Shown here one piece after another: positions 19,702 to 29,198 of a stretch of 64,000 nucleotides of DNA (positions within the stretch are counted from its first letter, which is position 1; every line of letters begins with the position of its first letter). Under the pieces are notes generated by a model. It was not told where the DNA came from. It saw only the letters and a program-made list of their open reading frames with translations, and ran no database searches. Where the stretch lies: the sequence record MN445183.1. One strand, 5' to 3'. Made by a program: the position numbers and the translations under genes.

Positions 19702-20949
19702 ATGCCGTTTAATATCAAACGTTTAACGTACGACCCTTCTGGGGTCGCTGCGGCAAACAAGATCACTAATGACTTGATCGAACTTCCCGCGGTCACGATC
19801 AACCGTGCCATTGTACTCAAGTACGGGTTGTTCTACGTTAAGTCGTTGGTATTAAAGAAAGAAGACGGTACTCCTTTAACCAAATGGGTGGACTACCGTC
19901 CGGTAGTACCTTCTTCAAAAACGTACCGTGATTTGCGTAACGACACAGGGAAAGACGTGGCAGCCTGGATCATGATTGATACCAGCTACGACGGCCGTGT
20001 CATTGCGGAGTATCAAGCGGTAGGGTGGTATGAGGGGATTTCTAACGAAGACCTGATTGACATCCTGACGGCGATTGCTAACGACCGCCGGCCGTACTAC
20101 TGGGAAGACATCAAAGACCTGCCTGATGCGTTCCCACCAGCGCCACACATCCACAACGTGTCCGACTTCTTCCATTGGTATTCAGCCACCCAAGCCCTGC
20201 TGCGTTATGCCTCAGCATTGGAGAATCTGAATAAGCTGCCGACCCTGGATGATTTCGTGCCGGTGCTCAATACCATACGGAATGACATTAACGCAAAGTA
20301 TGACGACGTGTTTAACCGCTTGCAAGCACACCGTCAGTTGTATAACAACCCGCATAAAGACCTGGCAATAAATATGCCGGATGTTAACCTGCTGAAGAAC
20401 TACCCAATGGCAACGTTGGCAGAAGCTTTGGCGGGTACCGCGGGGCGTTACATGTCTCCGCTAATCGGTAACCAGGCGGCTTACCAAACGCTGTTGAAGA
20501 ATGACGGCGGCATTGTCCATATCGGCCGTGTCCCAATGCTGCAGTTTGGTGATCTTACCGCCACTGCCATTCCGTACACGGTTAACGGCTTTGTGCTGAA
20601 CATCACCGCTGACGTTCCGGCGATCATGGCGTCTAAACACTATACGCTGGCGAAAGGCACCATTAACCTGGCATCATGGATTGCGGCTCCGGCTAATAAG
20701 ACGCTATTCTTATATGTACGTATTCGTGACGGTAAAGCCACCTATGAGGTTGCCGGTGCGGCGTCACCTGAAACCACCACGTACGTCAACGTGGGTCAGA
20801 TCGTCACAGGGGCAACGGCCATTACGTCAGTTACAATCAACAAGATCTCCGGTGTGGGTACCGTACGCGTATCACCGACGAAGATCGGTTCTGCGATTGC
20901 GGTTACTACAGGTCTGCCATCTCAGCCTGGCGCTTACGCCTGGAAGTAA
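19702..20949 (+). CDS. Tail-fibre-type virion protein
   Basis: 415 aa; WEDIKDLPDAFPPAPHIH and a C-terminal domain shared with the two large fibres. Confidence 0.65.
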   Translation: MPFNIKRLTYDPSGVAAANKITNDLIELPAVTINRAIVLKYGLFYVKSLVLKKEDGTPLTKWVDYRPVVPSSKTYRDLRNDTGKDVAAWIMIDTSYDGRVIAEYQAVGWYEGISNEDLIDILTAIANDRRPYYWEDIKDLPDAFPPAPHIHNVSDFFHWYSATQALLRYASALENLNKLPTLDDFVPVLNTIRNDINAKYDDVFNRLQAHRQLYNNPHKDLAINMPDVNLLKNYPMATLAEALAGTAGRYMSPLIGNQAAYQTLLKNDGGIVHIGRVPMLQFGDLTATAIPYTVNGFVLNITADVPAIMASKHYTLAKGTINLASWIAAPANKTLFLYVRIRDGKATYEVAGAASPETTTYVNVGQIVTGATAITSVTINKISGVGTVRVSPTKIGSAIAVTTGLPSQPGAYAWK

Positions 20950-20967
20950 CAATAACAGGAGTGTCCA

Positions 20968-23900
20968 ATGAACACACCAAACTTGGAACGTTACCCGTTT
21001 GATTACACGGGTGAGGCCGAGACCAACCTGGTGGATGGTGAACTGCACGTAGTGCCACCCGGTAAGAAAGACAAGATCTTTACGTTGATGGAAGGTCCAG
21101 CGTTTAGTCGTACGATTAAGCTGCGCTACGGCAACGGCCAGTACCTGCGTCCGTGGGTTGATTTCCAACCAGTGAACCTATACCCAGAAGCCACCAACGC
21201 GGTTGGTGAGGCTTGTACCGGTATGGTCATGATCATTAACGAATCGGTTAGTGGTTACGTGTATGCTGAATACCAGGTGGTGGGTGGTAAGTATGATCAC
21301 AACAGTCGCGCGGTAGAAGATCTGCTGTGGGCGGCTGTATCCGATGACCGTCCAGTGTTCTGGCCTGATATCCTGGATCGCCCAAGTGTCTTCCCACCAA
21401 CACCACATCATCACGACATCTTTAACGACACCTACGGCTGGGAAGCACGTATTGCGTTAGTTGATAACTGGACTGTCCAGATGTTCGAACAAGGAACGTC
21501 TGAGCGCGTTGACAGCGTGATGGACGCCATTAGCGTTGTTGAGGACTATCTGACCGCTCGTCACGCGCACACCGTTGAGCTGATTGATGGTCACATCGAT
21601 ACGCACAACGCCCACGCCACCACTAAGGAACAGGCTGGTCTGGCGAAACTGGATAACCTGAAGAAAGCAACGATCAACCAGGCGCGCGCAGGTAACCGCA
21701 TTGACCTGCGTTTAACCGTAGGGGGTGCGACCGCCATCCTGACCGATGCGCTGGAAGCGTATTCTGCTAACTTGATGAAGCAGGGTATATTGCCAGTATC
21801 CCGTTGGGGTAACCTGACTTACCTGGAGCCCGGGGTATCCGGGTCGTTCGAAGGCTCTGGTCAGATTAGCACCATCGATCAACGTCCTGCGGTGTTGGAA
21901 GTAGACGGTACATTGGTGCGCTTACGTCCTGGTTCTAACGGTACATCACTGGGTGTGTATTACGACTACGCGTTGAATGCGTTCAGCGACGCAGTTAACC
22001 TGAAGATGATCAAGACCAACACTCAGTATTGGCCAGCGGCAATGGGGCGTGACTGGAAGCCATACATGATGCGTAAGTCTACTCCAGATGTGTTATGGGG
22101 TTTAGCATACCGTGTGGCTGACTACCCCGCCATCAATGCGCGTTACTTTATTGCGTTGACCGGCAACTCATTCGACTCCACCAAACATGACGTGGCTTTC
22201 GTAAATGCGTCGTACACCCATAGTGAATATGGCGTGCGAGGACTTACCGAACGGGCGACCTTAACCATTGCGGATGATTACGTTTATTGTGTGGATTATT
22301 GCCCGTGGGGGACAGGTCGTAAAGTAGGGTTTGTGCTGTTGCGTATACCAGTTGCTGATATCAAATCAAAGACTGATGTGACGTGGGAGTTCCTGAAAGG
22401 CTGGACGGCGGTTGGTGGGCCGTACGGGTCAATGACGGGCGATGCGATCTATATGGCGCCTATGGAGGTCAGCACTAACACCGCCGACAAACCTATGATC
22501 CAGATTGATCCACAAATGATAGCGACCCTGTACCGTAGTTCGTGGGGTTGTTATGTGATCTCAGATTCTCCTGGGATTTTGAAGATTGCGATTGGTGGGA
22601 TGATGCATTATTATACCACTCAGCGCATGGTCACGCAATCCATCGGTTATCGTTGTTTGGTTAACGTAACGACACGCACCGCACAGTGGGTTGACTCGCC
22701 CCAGCCGTTACGTTGCCGCATTAACAATGGCGACCTGGCGAACATCAGCATGGACACCAATGCGGCTACTCAGTTCACCCAGATGAAGATGACGGGTCAT
22801 GAGTCTGGACCAAGCGGTGATGATGAGCATGGTTTGATGTATCTGGACTTTAACTCCGGTTACTATTTCAAATCTGACATCAGTAACATTACCAACACCG
22901 CAATCTATGCGCGTGTGGGGCGCATTGTTAACTGGACCAATAAGTCAGCAGCGTGGGACATTGTTAACCGTAACATGCAGCAGATCAAAGCGTGGGCTGA
23001 TGCTCCGACGTTTGGTTCTGAAGTAGGTAACAGCTTGATGATGCCAATCGGTCTAAATGGTAATCAGTTGTTATTCCGTTGCACCGACGAAAATAACGTT
23101 GAGAAGATGGTACGGGCGTGGTGTGGTAGCGCACCGAACTACACGTACAACGTGGTTAACCTTGGGTCTATGACTGGGTTCCCACCAACCTCTCAGCGTT
23201 ATCAGGCGCCTGTGGACAGTGTAAAGACTCGCTACGTGCAATACCTGAATAACAACCAGGTCACCCACTGGGCCAGTATTTTAACGCCGTGGGCCAATAG
23301 TGCGCCGATAAATGTTAACGCGTTGGGTGAATATGATACCAGTACTTCGGTAACTTGGAATCAGAGCGAGTTACAGACGGCAGCTGAAAACTTTGCTCGT
23401 ACGTTAGACGTTGGTCCGCTCGTCACGGCCGCACGTTGTGATATTGCTGTTCCTCAAGATGCGTCGCTGCCGTTGATTGCAATGGTGTCGGTTCGCTATA
23501 CCTCAGAACGTGGTCAGAGTTTCCGTTATTACATCACGGGTGTAAACCATAGTGGTACACGCACTGGGTTAGTAACAGGATATTCATTAAAGACCAGTGG
23601 CTGGATCACCTCACAGCTGCGTACCGACGACAGCTCCGGTATTAGTAATAACAGTAATAAACAACCCGGTTTGGTCATGCATCGCGTTGGCAATAAGTTA
23701 TTCTGTGCTATGGGGGCGTCCACTCTGAGTTCGGTGCCTGGTGGTCTGCATGGTATGGCAATGATCTTCAAGTACGACTTGGTAACGGGGGTGATCACTC
23801 AGCACACCAACCAAGCCGCCATTACCATTAACCCATGGAATGGTGGCGTTGGTCCGTACCCGACAGTGCTGCCAAATTACGGGTTAGTGTGGTCGGACGA

Positions 23901-24399
23901 CAGTGTGTATTCCGGATCATACGGCACTATTCTGGCGGTGATTCCGATGGGGGCAACTGAGGCGGTCTTCGACGCCTGGTCGTACGGTGTTAAAACGGGT
24001 CGTTTCGTTGTCATGGCTCAGGAAGTAGAACAAGGCTGGATCGTGTACTTTACGGAAGAAGTGCCGGTAATCTTAAATGGTCGTGAAGGCATTGCGCCAA
24101 TCACAGCCATCGATCTGACTACCGTTAAAGCTAACCCTGCCAATACGACGTTCTATGTTTATGTGGTAGAAAACAACGGAGCGATGACTTACCGTATTGT
24201 AACCACTGAAGAAGCGCCAACGATTAGCAAGATGTTCATCGGTACGATAGTAACCACAGGTAGCGCGATCAGTAACATTGCGTTGAAGAAGCGGTCACGT
24301 ATTGGGATCTACCAGATCTCTGATACCAATTCCGGTTCGTCTATTCCGGTTTCTACCGGGATGCCGTTCCAGGTTGGCGACTGGTCATTTGATATTTAA
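20968..24399 (+). CDS. Large tail fibre protein (phiKZ gp145/146-like)
   Basis: 1143 aa, beta-rich G/S/T/N composition; paralogous to 24454..27906. Confidence 0.7.
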   Translation: MNTPNLERYPFDYTGEAETNLVDGELHVVPPGKKDKIFTLMEGPAFSRTIKLRYGNGQYLRPWVDFQPVNLYPEATNAVGEACTGMVMIINESVSGYVYAEYQVVGGKYDHNSRAVEDLLWAAVSDDRPVFWPDILDRPSVFPPTPHHHDIFNDTYGWEARIALVDNWTVQMFEQGTSERVDSVMDAISVVEDYLTARHAHTVELIDGHIDTHNAHATTKEQAGLAKLDNLKKATINQARAGNRIDLRLTVGGATAILTDALEAYSANLMKQGILPVSRWGNLTYLEPGVSGSFEGSGQISTIDQRPAVLEVDGTLVRLRPGSNGTSLGVYYDYALNAFSDAVNLKMIKTNTQYWPAAMGRDWKPYMMRKSTPDVLWGLAYRVADYPAINARYFIALTGNSFDSTKHDVAFVNASYTHSEYGVRGLTERATLTIADDYVYCVDYCPWGTGRKVGFVLLRIPVADIKSKTDVTWEFLKGWTAVGGPYGSMTGDAIYMAPMEVSTNTADKPMIQIDPQMIATLYRSSWGCYVISDSPGILKIAIGGMMHYYTTQRMVTQSIGYRCLVNVTTRTAQWVDSPQPLRCRINNGDLANISMDTNAATQFTQMKMTGHESGPSGDDEHGLMYLDFNSGYYFKSDISNITNTAIYARVGRIVNWTNKSAAWDIVNRNMQQIKAWADAPTFGSEVGNSLMMPIGLNGNQLLFRCTDENNVEKMVRAWCGSAPNYTYNVVNLGSMTGFPPTSQRYQAPVDSVKTRYVQYLNNNQVTHWASILTPWANSAPINVNALGEYDTSTSVTWNQSELQTAAENFARTLDVGPLVTAARCDIAVPQDASLPLIAMVSVRYTSERGQSFRYYITGVNHSGTRTGLVTGYSLKTSGWITSQLRTDDSSGISNNSNKQPGLVMHRVGNKLFCAMGASTLSSVPGGLHGMAMIFKYDLVTGVITQHTNQAAITINPWNGGVGPYPTVLPNYGLVWSDDSVYSGSYGTILAVIPMGATEAVFDAWSYGVKTGRFVVMAQEVEQGWIVYFTEEVPVILNGREGIAPITAIDLTTVKANPANTTFYVYVVENNGAMTYRIVTTEEAPTISKMFIGTIVTTGSAISNIALKKRSRIGIYQISDTNSGSSIPVSTGMPFQVGDWSFDI

Positions 24400-24453
24400 C
24401 TGTAAACGAGCCGGGGTGGGTAACTACCCCGGTTTCGTTGATTAGGAGGTCTA

Positions 24454-27400
24454 ATGTCACGTTATGAATCCGAAGGCTTAGAAGCCGGATCATGGGGTGA
24501 GTTCTTCGCCGCGCTTGAACACATGACGGTTCGTATGCAGAGCGCAAGATTCAATGGGCATGAAATGGCCAAGTCGCTGCTGACGCCACTGCAAGCATCA
24601 GTCGTGTCCAGCTACAACTCTGCAATTGCAAAGCTGATTGCACACACTACCGATTACACGGACACCCACTCCGTTGACCGTGAAACATTAAATCTTGGCC
24701 TGGTTGATAATAACGACATTGCTACATTGCAACAGATTGCCGACGGCGGCTACGATGATCTGTATATTGGTTCCGATGGTTTCTCTGCGTTAGCGGCGAA
24801 GGTATTCGGTGACTTTGCTGATCGTCTGCATCACCAGACCATTAACCCCATTTCTGTTTATGGCGATGTGTCCTGGTTGCCACCTGATGTTTCCGGGTCC
24901 TTTGAAGGTTCTGGTCAGGCAAGCGGTGGTAACGCCGGTGGATTTGCCCTGATCGAAGACGATGGCACGTATATCGGTTTACGCCGCGGTACAAACGGTA
25001 CGTCGCAAGGCCTGTATTATTTCTACCAGAGTAACGCCGAAGACCGTATCGATACCGACGGCCCAGTGCGTATGAACTTGCGCTATGCACCGGCTAACCG
25101 CCCTGGTGGGTTTGAATGTCTGGAAACTATCTCATCTGATGTAGATGTGATTGTCGGTAGCGGGTACGGGAACGGAACTTACGACGGATTCATCTCATTA
25201 ACTAACGGCACCATGGATGTCAGTAAACATTACACTGGGTATTTTAACATCAATGGGTCGTTTGGGCGTGGGTTTGATACTTTCTCTTCGGCGTGCGTTG
25301 CGGGCAACTATGTTTATCTCTTCATTCCTACGATTGCCGGGGCGTGGGATTACAGTGGTGAAGTGCTGGATCCGTATGATTTCCTTGTATTCCGTTGTCC
25401 TACGTCACAAATTATCGCCGGCGGGGTGGTAACGTGGGAGGCAGTGACTAACTGGAATTCAACCGGGTTGTGGGGCGGTACGGGTGTCGCGGCTAATATT
25501 CGTGTAACCCCAACCATCATCAGTGGTAACACGGCGAACAAACCGTTTATTAAACACGAGTCACGTTCTTGGACCACCACGTATAGTCCGGTTCACTCCG
25601 GCCGTCGTACGATGTGTTGTGCAAACCCAACGAATGCAAATCAGATTCGTTTAGCGGTTTATCACACTGTGTGGACGTCACTTGCGAACGGTACTGCGGT
25701 TATGCCAAACGTTGCATTCTCGCTCTTGATTAACCTCAGTGCGAAAACCGCCGTCGTTGAAGATGGGGCGACCTACATTAACCACGTATCGCCAAATCAG
25801 AACTCTGTAACATTACAATCCCCAATTGTAATGCCAGACGCCACTAAGATCACTGGGTTTAACTGGACGGGTAACTACCATGTAAACACCCTGATTACAG
25901 CACGTGGTTACATGTTAAGTCGTGGTACGGGTAACCAACCCGATGAAAACAACCGTTATTTCCGTGCGCAGATCACGAACTTCGTTAACCGCTACGATGC
26001 ATTGCGTATGCGCAACCGTGTTATTCGTCCAATCACCACAGCGAACGACCCAATGCGTACAGGTTCAGCATTTACTAACGGTTCAATGAACCCACGCATG
26101 CTTCCAGGTTTGTATCTGATGTACAACGGTACGGCGGTGTCAGGTTCTAACCAGTTCTGGTATGGTCGTGCAAAACGTCTTCAGTTTATTGGTGGCCCGA
26201 CATTCAATTACGGTACCATTAACTCAGGGGTTATCAAAGGGTGGGCACCAAACGGCACCCGTATTGAGTTCACTGACGACATTAACTTTAACCAGGCTGT
26301 GTTCATCAGTCGTGCTGCCAGTGACGGTAGCCTGGTTTGTGATGCGTCGGTAGCGTACGGACCGCAAACGCATACCAATACTGGCGGAACATCAATCAAC
26401 AAAGACCTGGTGATTTCCGGTTCCATTAACTGGTCAGCTACGGAGGGTAACAATCTCGCGATTACCATCCTGCGTCAGATCCTTGCCAGGACCAACATCT
26501 ATGCCTACGCCTGGACGTTGTACATTCCGCAAGATGCCAACCTGCCGTTAATTATGATGGTGTCTGGTTCTACCGCACGTGATGATTCTGTCGGTTTCCG
26601 TTCCACTATTGTGTTCACTGAATTGAACTACACGGGCTCGAGGTCCGGCGCGATAACAGGTTACTCACTGAAACGGGTGGTTAATTCGGTTGTTTACGAT
26701 AAGATGCCTGGCGGGGCGTATCTTCAATACGAGACCATGGGCGGGCTGCAAACGTATAAATGCGCTGATGGGACGTACCTATTGTCAGTGGGGTGTCCTG
26801 CGGTATTGCAGACGTACGGCGGTCAAACCGGACAGATTTGGTATGCGGCGGTGCGCGCGGGGACGAAGACGATAGAGGATGCGACGGTGAAACGCTATGA
26901 CCATGGGTATTACCCAATGTCGGCTAACCCATCCGGCTTTGTGCATCCTAGTTACGGTTTATGCAAAATGGATTATGCAACGAACCAGGCTAACTATAAT
27001 GCTATCCTGACCGTAGATGTGATGGCCAGCACGTACGCTGAGTTCCTTACGTGGCAGCCTAAAACGAAATACGTACTCGGGGCACAGGAGGTAGAGAAGG
27101 GGTGGGTGGTTTACTTCACTGCGGACGCACCCGTGTTCTTAGCAGGGCGTGAGTGGACGTTACCCGCAACCAGCATTGACTTACGTAACGTCAATGCTTC
27201 ACCGGGTAATAAGACGTTCTATGTTTACGTACGTCTGACCACCACCGGTATCGAGTACTTCATCACGACTGACACGTTAGCACCAACCATGACCATGATG
27301 TACATCGGGAAGATCGTGACCATTGCCACGCAGATTTCAACGATTGAAATCACGAAGAAGATTCGGGTTGAAACGTTTGAGCTATCGCCGGTGCATATTG

Positions 27401-27906
27401 GCTCTGGTATTCCAACCGGTGTGGGTGTTCCATCTCAGGTGGGTGATTTCAAAGGTTGGATTAACCCAAGCTACAAGTTCAACAACCGTCAGTACTTCCG
27501 TTTTGACGCGGTTGCTGATCTTGGTTTCATTTACAGCATCAACATCAAGACCGGTTTGGTAACGATGCAGCATAGCCGTTCGGCGTATAACTACTCGTAT
27601 AACCAAACTGATATGGTAACTGGCGCAACTTGGAACCCCGGCTTTAACTACGACGGTCCGACAGATGAGACTGCACACAACACCTATAACACGTGGTCAC
27701 GTACCATGCCGGGTATTGCTATCCCGGTTATTGATGAAGCTAAGTCAGTTTCAGCAGCACGTGTGCATATTCGTGGCCGCAGCGGCAGCTCATTGGTGCA
27801 GCAGCCGACAGCGGCAAACGGATGGGTGTTACGCATCACAGGTTCTGACGCGCCTGGTGATTCTGATCGTTACACCATTGATGTTTACCTGACCGTAAAC
27901 TGGTAA
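24454..27906 (+). CDS. Large tail fibre protein with an extra C-terminal domain
   Basis: 1150 aa; shares VSGSFEGSG and AQEVE.GW.VYFT motifs with the preceding gene. Confidence 0.7.
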   Translation: MSRYESEGLEAGSWGEFFAALEHMTVRMQSARFNGHEMAKSLLTPLQASVVSSYNSAIAKLIAHTTDYTDTHSVDRETLNLGLVDNNDIATLQQIADGGYDDLYIGSDGFSALAAKVFGDFADRLHHQTINPISVYGDVSWLPPDVSGSFEGSGQASGGNAGGFALIEDDGTYIGLRRGTNGTSQGLYYFYQSNAEDRIDTDGPVRMNLRYAPANRPGGFECLETISSDVDVIVGSGYGNGTYDGFISLTNGTMDVSKHYTGYFNINGSFGRGFDTFSSACVAGNYVYLFIPTIAGAWDYSGEVLDPYDFLVFRCPTSQIIAGGVVTWEAVTNWNSTGLWGGTGVAANIRVTPTIISGNTANKPFIKHESRSWTTTYSPVHSGRRTMCCANPTNANQIRLAVYHTVWTSLANGTAVMPNVAFSLLINLSAKTAVVEDGATYINHVSPNQNSVTLQSPIVMPDATKITGFNWTGNYHVNTLITARGYMLSRGTGNQPDENNRYFRAQITNFVNRYDALRMRNRVIRPITTANDPMRTGSAFTNGSMNPRMLPGLYLMYNGTAVSGSNQFWYGRAKRLQFIGGPTFNYGTINSGVIKGWAPNGTRIEFTDDINFNQAVFISRAASDGSLVCDASVAYGPQTHTNTGGTSINKDLVISGSINWSATEGNNLAITILRQILARTNIYAYAWTLYIPQDANLPLIMMVSGSTARDDSVGFRSTIVFTELNYTGSRSGAITGYSLKRVVNSVVYDKMPGGAYLQYETMGGLQTYKCADGTYLLSVGCPAVLQTYGGQTGQIWYAAVRAGTKTIEDATVKRYDHGYYPMSANPSGFVHPSYGLCKMDYATNQANYNAILTVDVMASTYAEFLTWQPKTKYVLGAQEVEKGWVVYFTADAPVFLAGREWTLPATSIDLRNVNASPGNKTFYVYVRLTTTGIEYFITTDTLAPTMTMMYIGKIVTIATQISTIEITKKIRVETFELSPVHIGSGIPTGVGVPSQVGDFKGWINPSYKFNNRQYFRFDAVADLGFIYSINIKTGLVTMQHSRSAYNYSYNQTDMVTGATWNPGFNYDGPTDETAHNTYNTWSRTMPGIAIPVIDEAKSVSAARVHIRGRSGSSLVQQPTAANGWVLRITGSDAPGDSDRYTIDVYLTVNW

Positions 27907-27908
27907 CA

Positions 27909-27964
27909 CGGCATAAGCAAGGCCTGGCCCTTCCCGCAAGGAAGGAGCCAGAGCCTTTATGCCG
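27909..27964. terminator. Bidirectional hairpin flanked by CGGCATAA and TTATGCCG
   Basis: Long imperfect inverted repeat between convergent genes; TTATGCCG follows the stem on both strands. Confidence 0.7.
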
Positions 27965-27965
27965 A

Positions 27966-28958
27966 TTATTGCGGGCCACCTGTTGTAGAACCACCGGACT
28001 GCACACCACCGTGACGGTGTGACATCAGACTGATACCGCCACCTACCACGTCCTTTGAAGCCGTAATGGAACCGGTTGTTGTGGTGTTACCGCCTGTGTG
28101 TGTGATAGGGCCGTTCAACTTAATCCCGCCCGGTGAATTGATCTCCGTGGTGTTGGTGTTCACCTTCCAGGATTTGGTATTAAAGGTGATTGAGTTGTTT
28201 GCCTCAACCAGCCAATCCTCACAGATCATCTGGATCTTTTTCTTAGCAGTCATCTTAATGGTGTCTTGCGCAATCATCTCGATGTTCTTCTTATCGATCT
28301 TGATCAGTGACTTATCGGTGTTCACCATTAAGAACAATGCATTAATTGAATCCAGCATAACTGTGTTGTCAAGATCATCTGCGATCGAGAACTTGCCTTC
28401 ACCAAAGTCAAACTTGGCTACGTACTGCACCACCTCACCGTTGGCTTTGGAGTTGGACATCATCAGGTGTTTCTTGTGCGATGACCATTCCACGAAATAC
28501 CAATCCCCATCCCCAATGTCTTTGTTTTCCGTGGTAGCCGGTGAACCCGAGATAGCCAATACGATTGTCTCCAGACGACGCAGATTATCGTCCAGGCCCA
28601 TTTCCGTCCAGTAGTACTTGTCCTCATCACCTACGCGCCAAACTTCAACACGCTCACCTTTCTGGACATCCGGTGCAGTTACACGGTTAGATCCGTGCGG
28701 TAACCAAATCGCTGATACCGTTGCATCGTTAACGATCTTGTCCTGGATCTGATCCCCGTTGGCAGTCTCACCCTGATACTCTAACTGCTTAGGGTCAACC
28801 TCTACCTGTCCTGACATGTACGGTGACATCTCACGCAGCGTTACCTGGATCTCACGTGAGTTAGTAGCTTTAGCTGCGGCTACCACCCCCATTGAATGGA
28901 TGTGGAGCACAGATACGTTCTGTTGCATGATGATTGTCCTAAAGTTATTATTTACCAT
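27966..28958 (-). CDS. Baseplate central spike (gpV/gp45-like; phiKZ gp164 position)
   Basis: OB-fold-like N-terminus (AIWLP...P.VQKGERVEV), beta-helix repeats, C-terminal SHRHGGVQSG metal-binding tip motif. Confidence 0.75.
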   Translation of the reverse strand: MVNNNFRTIIMQQNVSVLHIHSMGVVAAAKATNSREIQVTLREMSPYMSGQVEVDPKQLEYQGETANGDQIQDKIVNDATVSAIWLPHGSNRVTAPDVQKGERVEVWRVGDEDKYYWTEMGLDDNLRRLETIVLAISGSPATTENKDIGDGDWYFVEWSSHKKHLMMSNSKANGEVVQYVAKFDFGEGKFSIADDLDNTVMLDSINALFLMVNTDKSLIKIDKKNIEMIAQDTIKMTAKKKIQMICEDWLVEANNSITFNTKSWKVNTNTTEINSPGGIKLNGPITHTGGNTTTTGSITASKDVVGGGISLMSHRHGGVQSGGSTTGGPQ

Positions 28959-29003
28959 CCCTGATGATTGTATAAGTTACTTACAAATCCCAAAGGACGT
29001 CAA

Positions 29004-29195
29004 ATGTTAGAATTCATTATTGGCTATGAACGCCAAGAACTTCCATACTGGTTGATTGCCGCTATCAATAGCGGTAGCGTGACTGTGAAGGGTGATTCGA
29101 CCAGCGATGTGCAATACTACGAAATCAATGGCGTAACAGCCGGGCCAGAACAGCGTCTGGTGTTTGACGGGAAGACCATAACCGTAAAAGGGTAA
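29004..29195 (+). CDS. Small hypothetical protein
   Basis: AAAGGA RBS before ATG 29004; ends 3 nt before the SbcC-like gene. Confidence 0.6.
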   Translation: MLEFIIGYERQELPYWLIAAINSGSVTVKGDSTSDVQYYEINGVTAGPEQRLVFDGKTITVKG

Positions 29196-29198
29196 GCT

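Noticed and set aside
28066-28614. 182-aa plus-strand ORF opposite the spike gene
   Set aside because: Shadow ORF: hydrophobic/Ser-rich translation expected from the antisense of a codon-biased gene, with no RBS.
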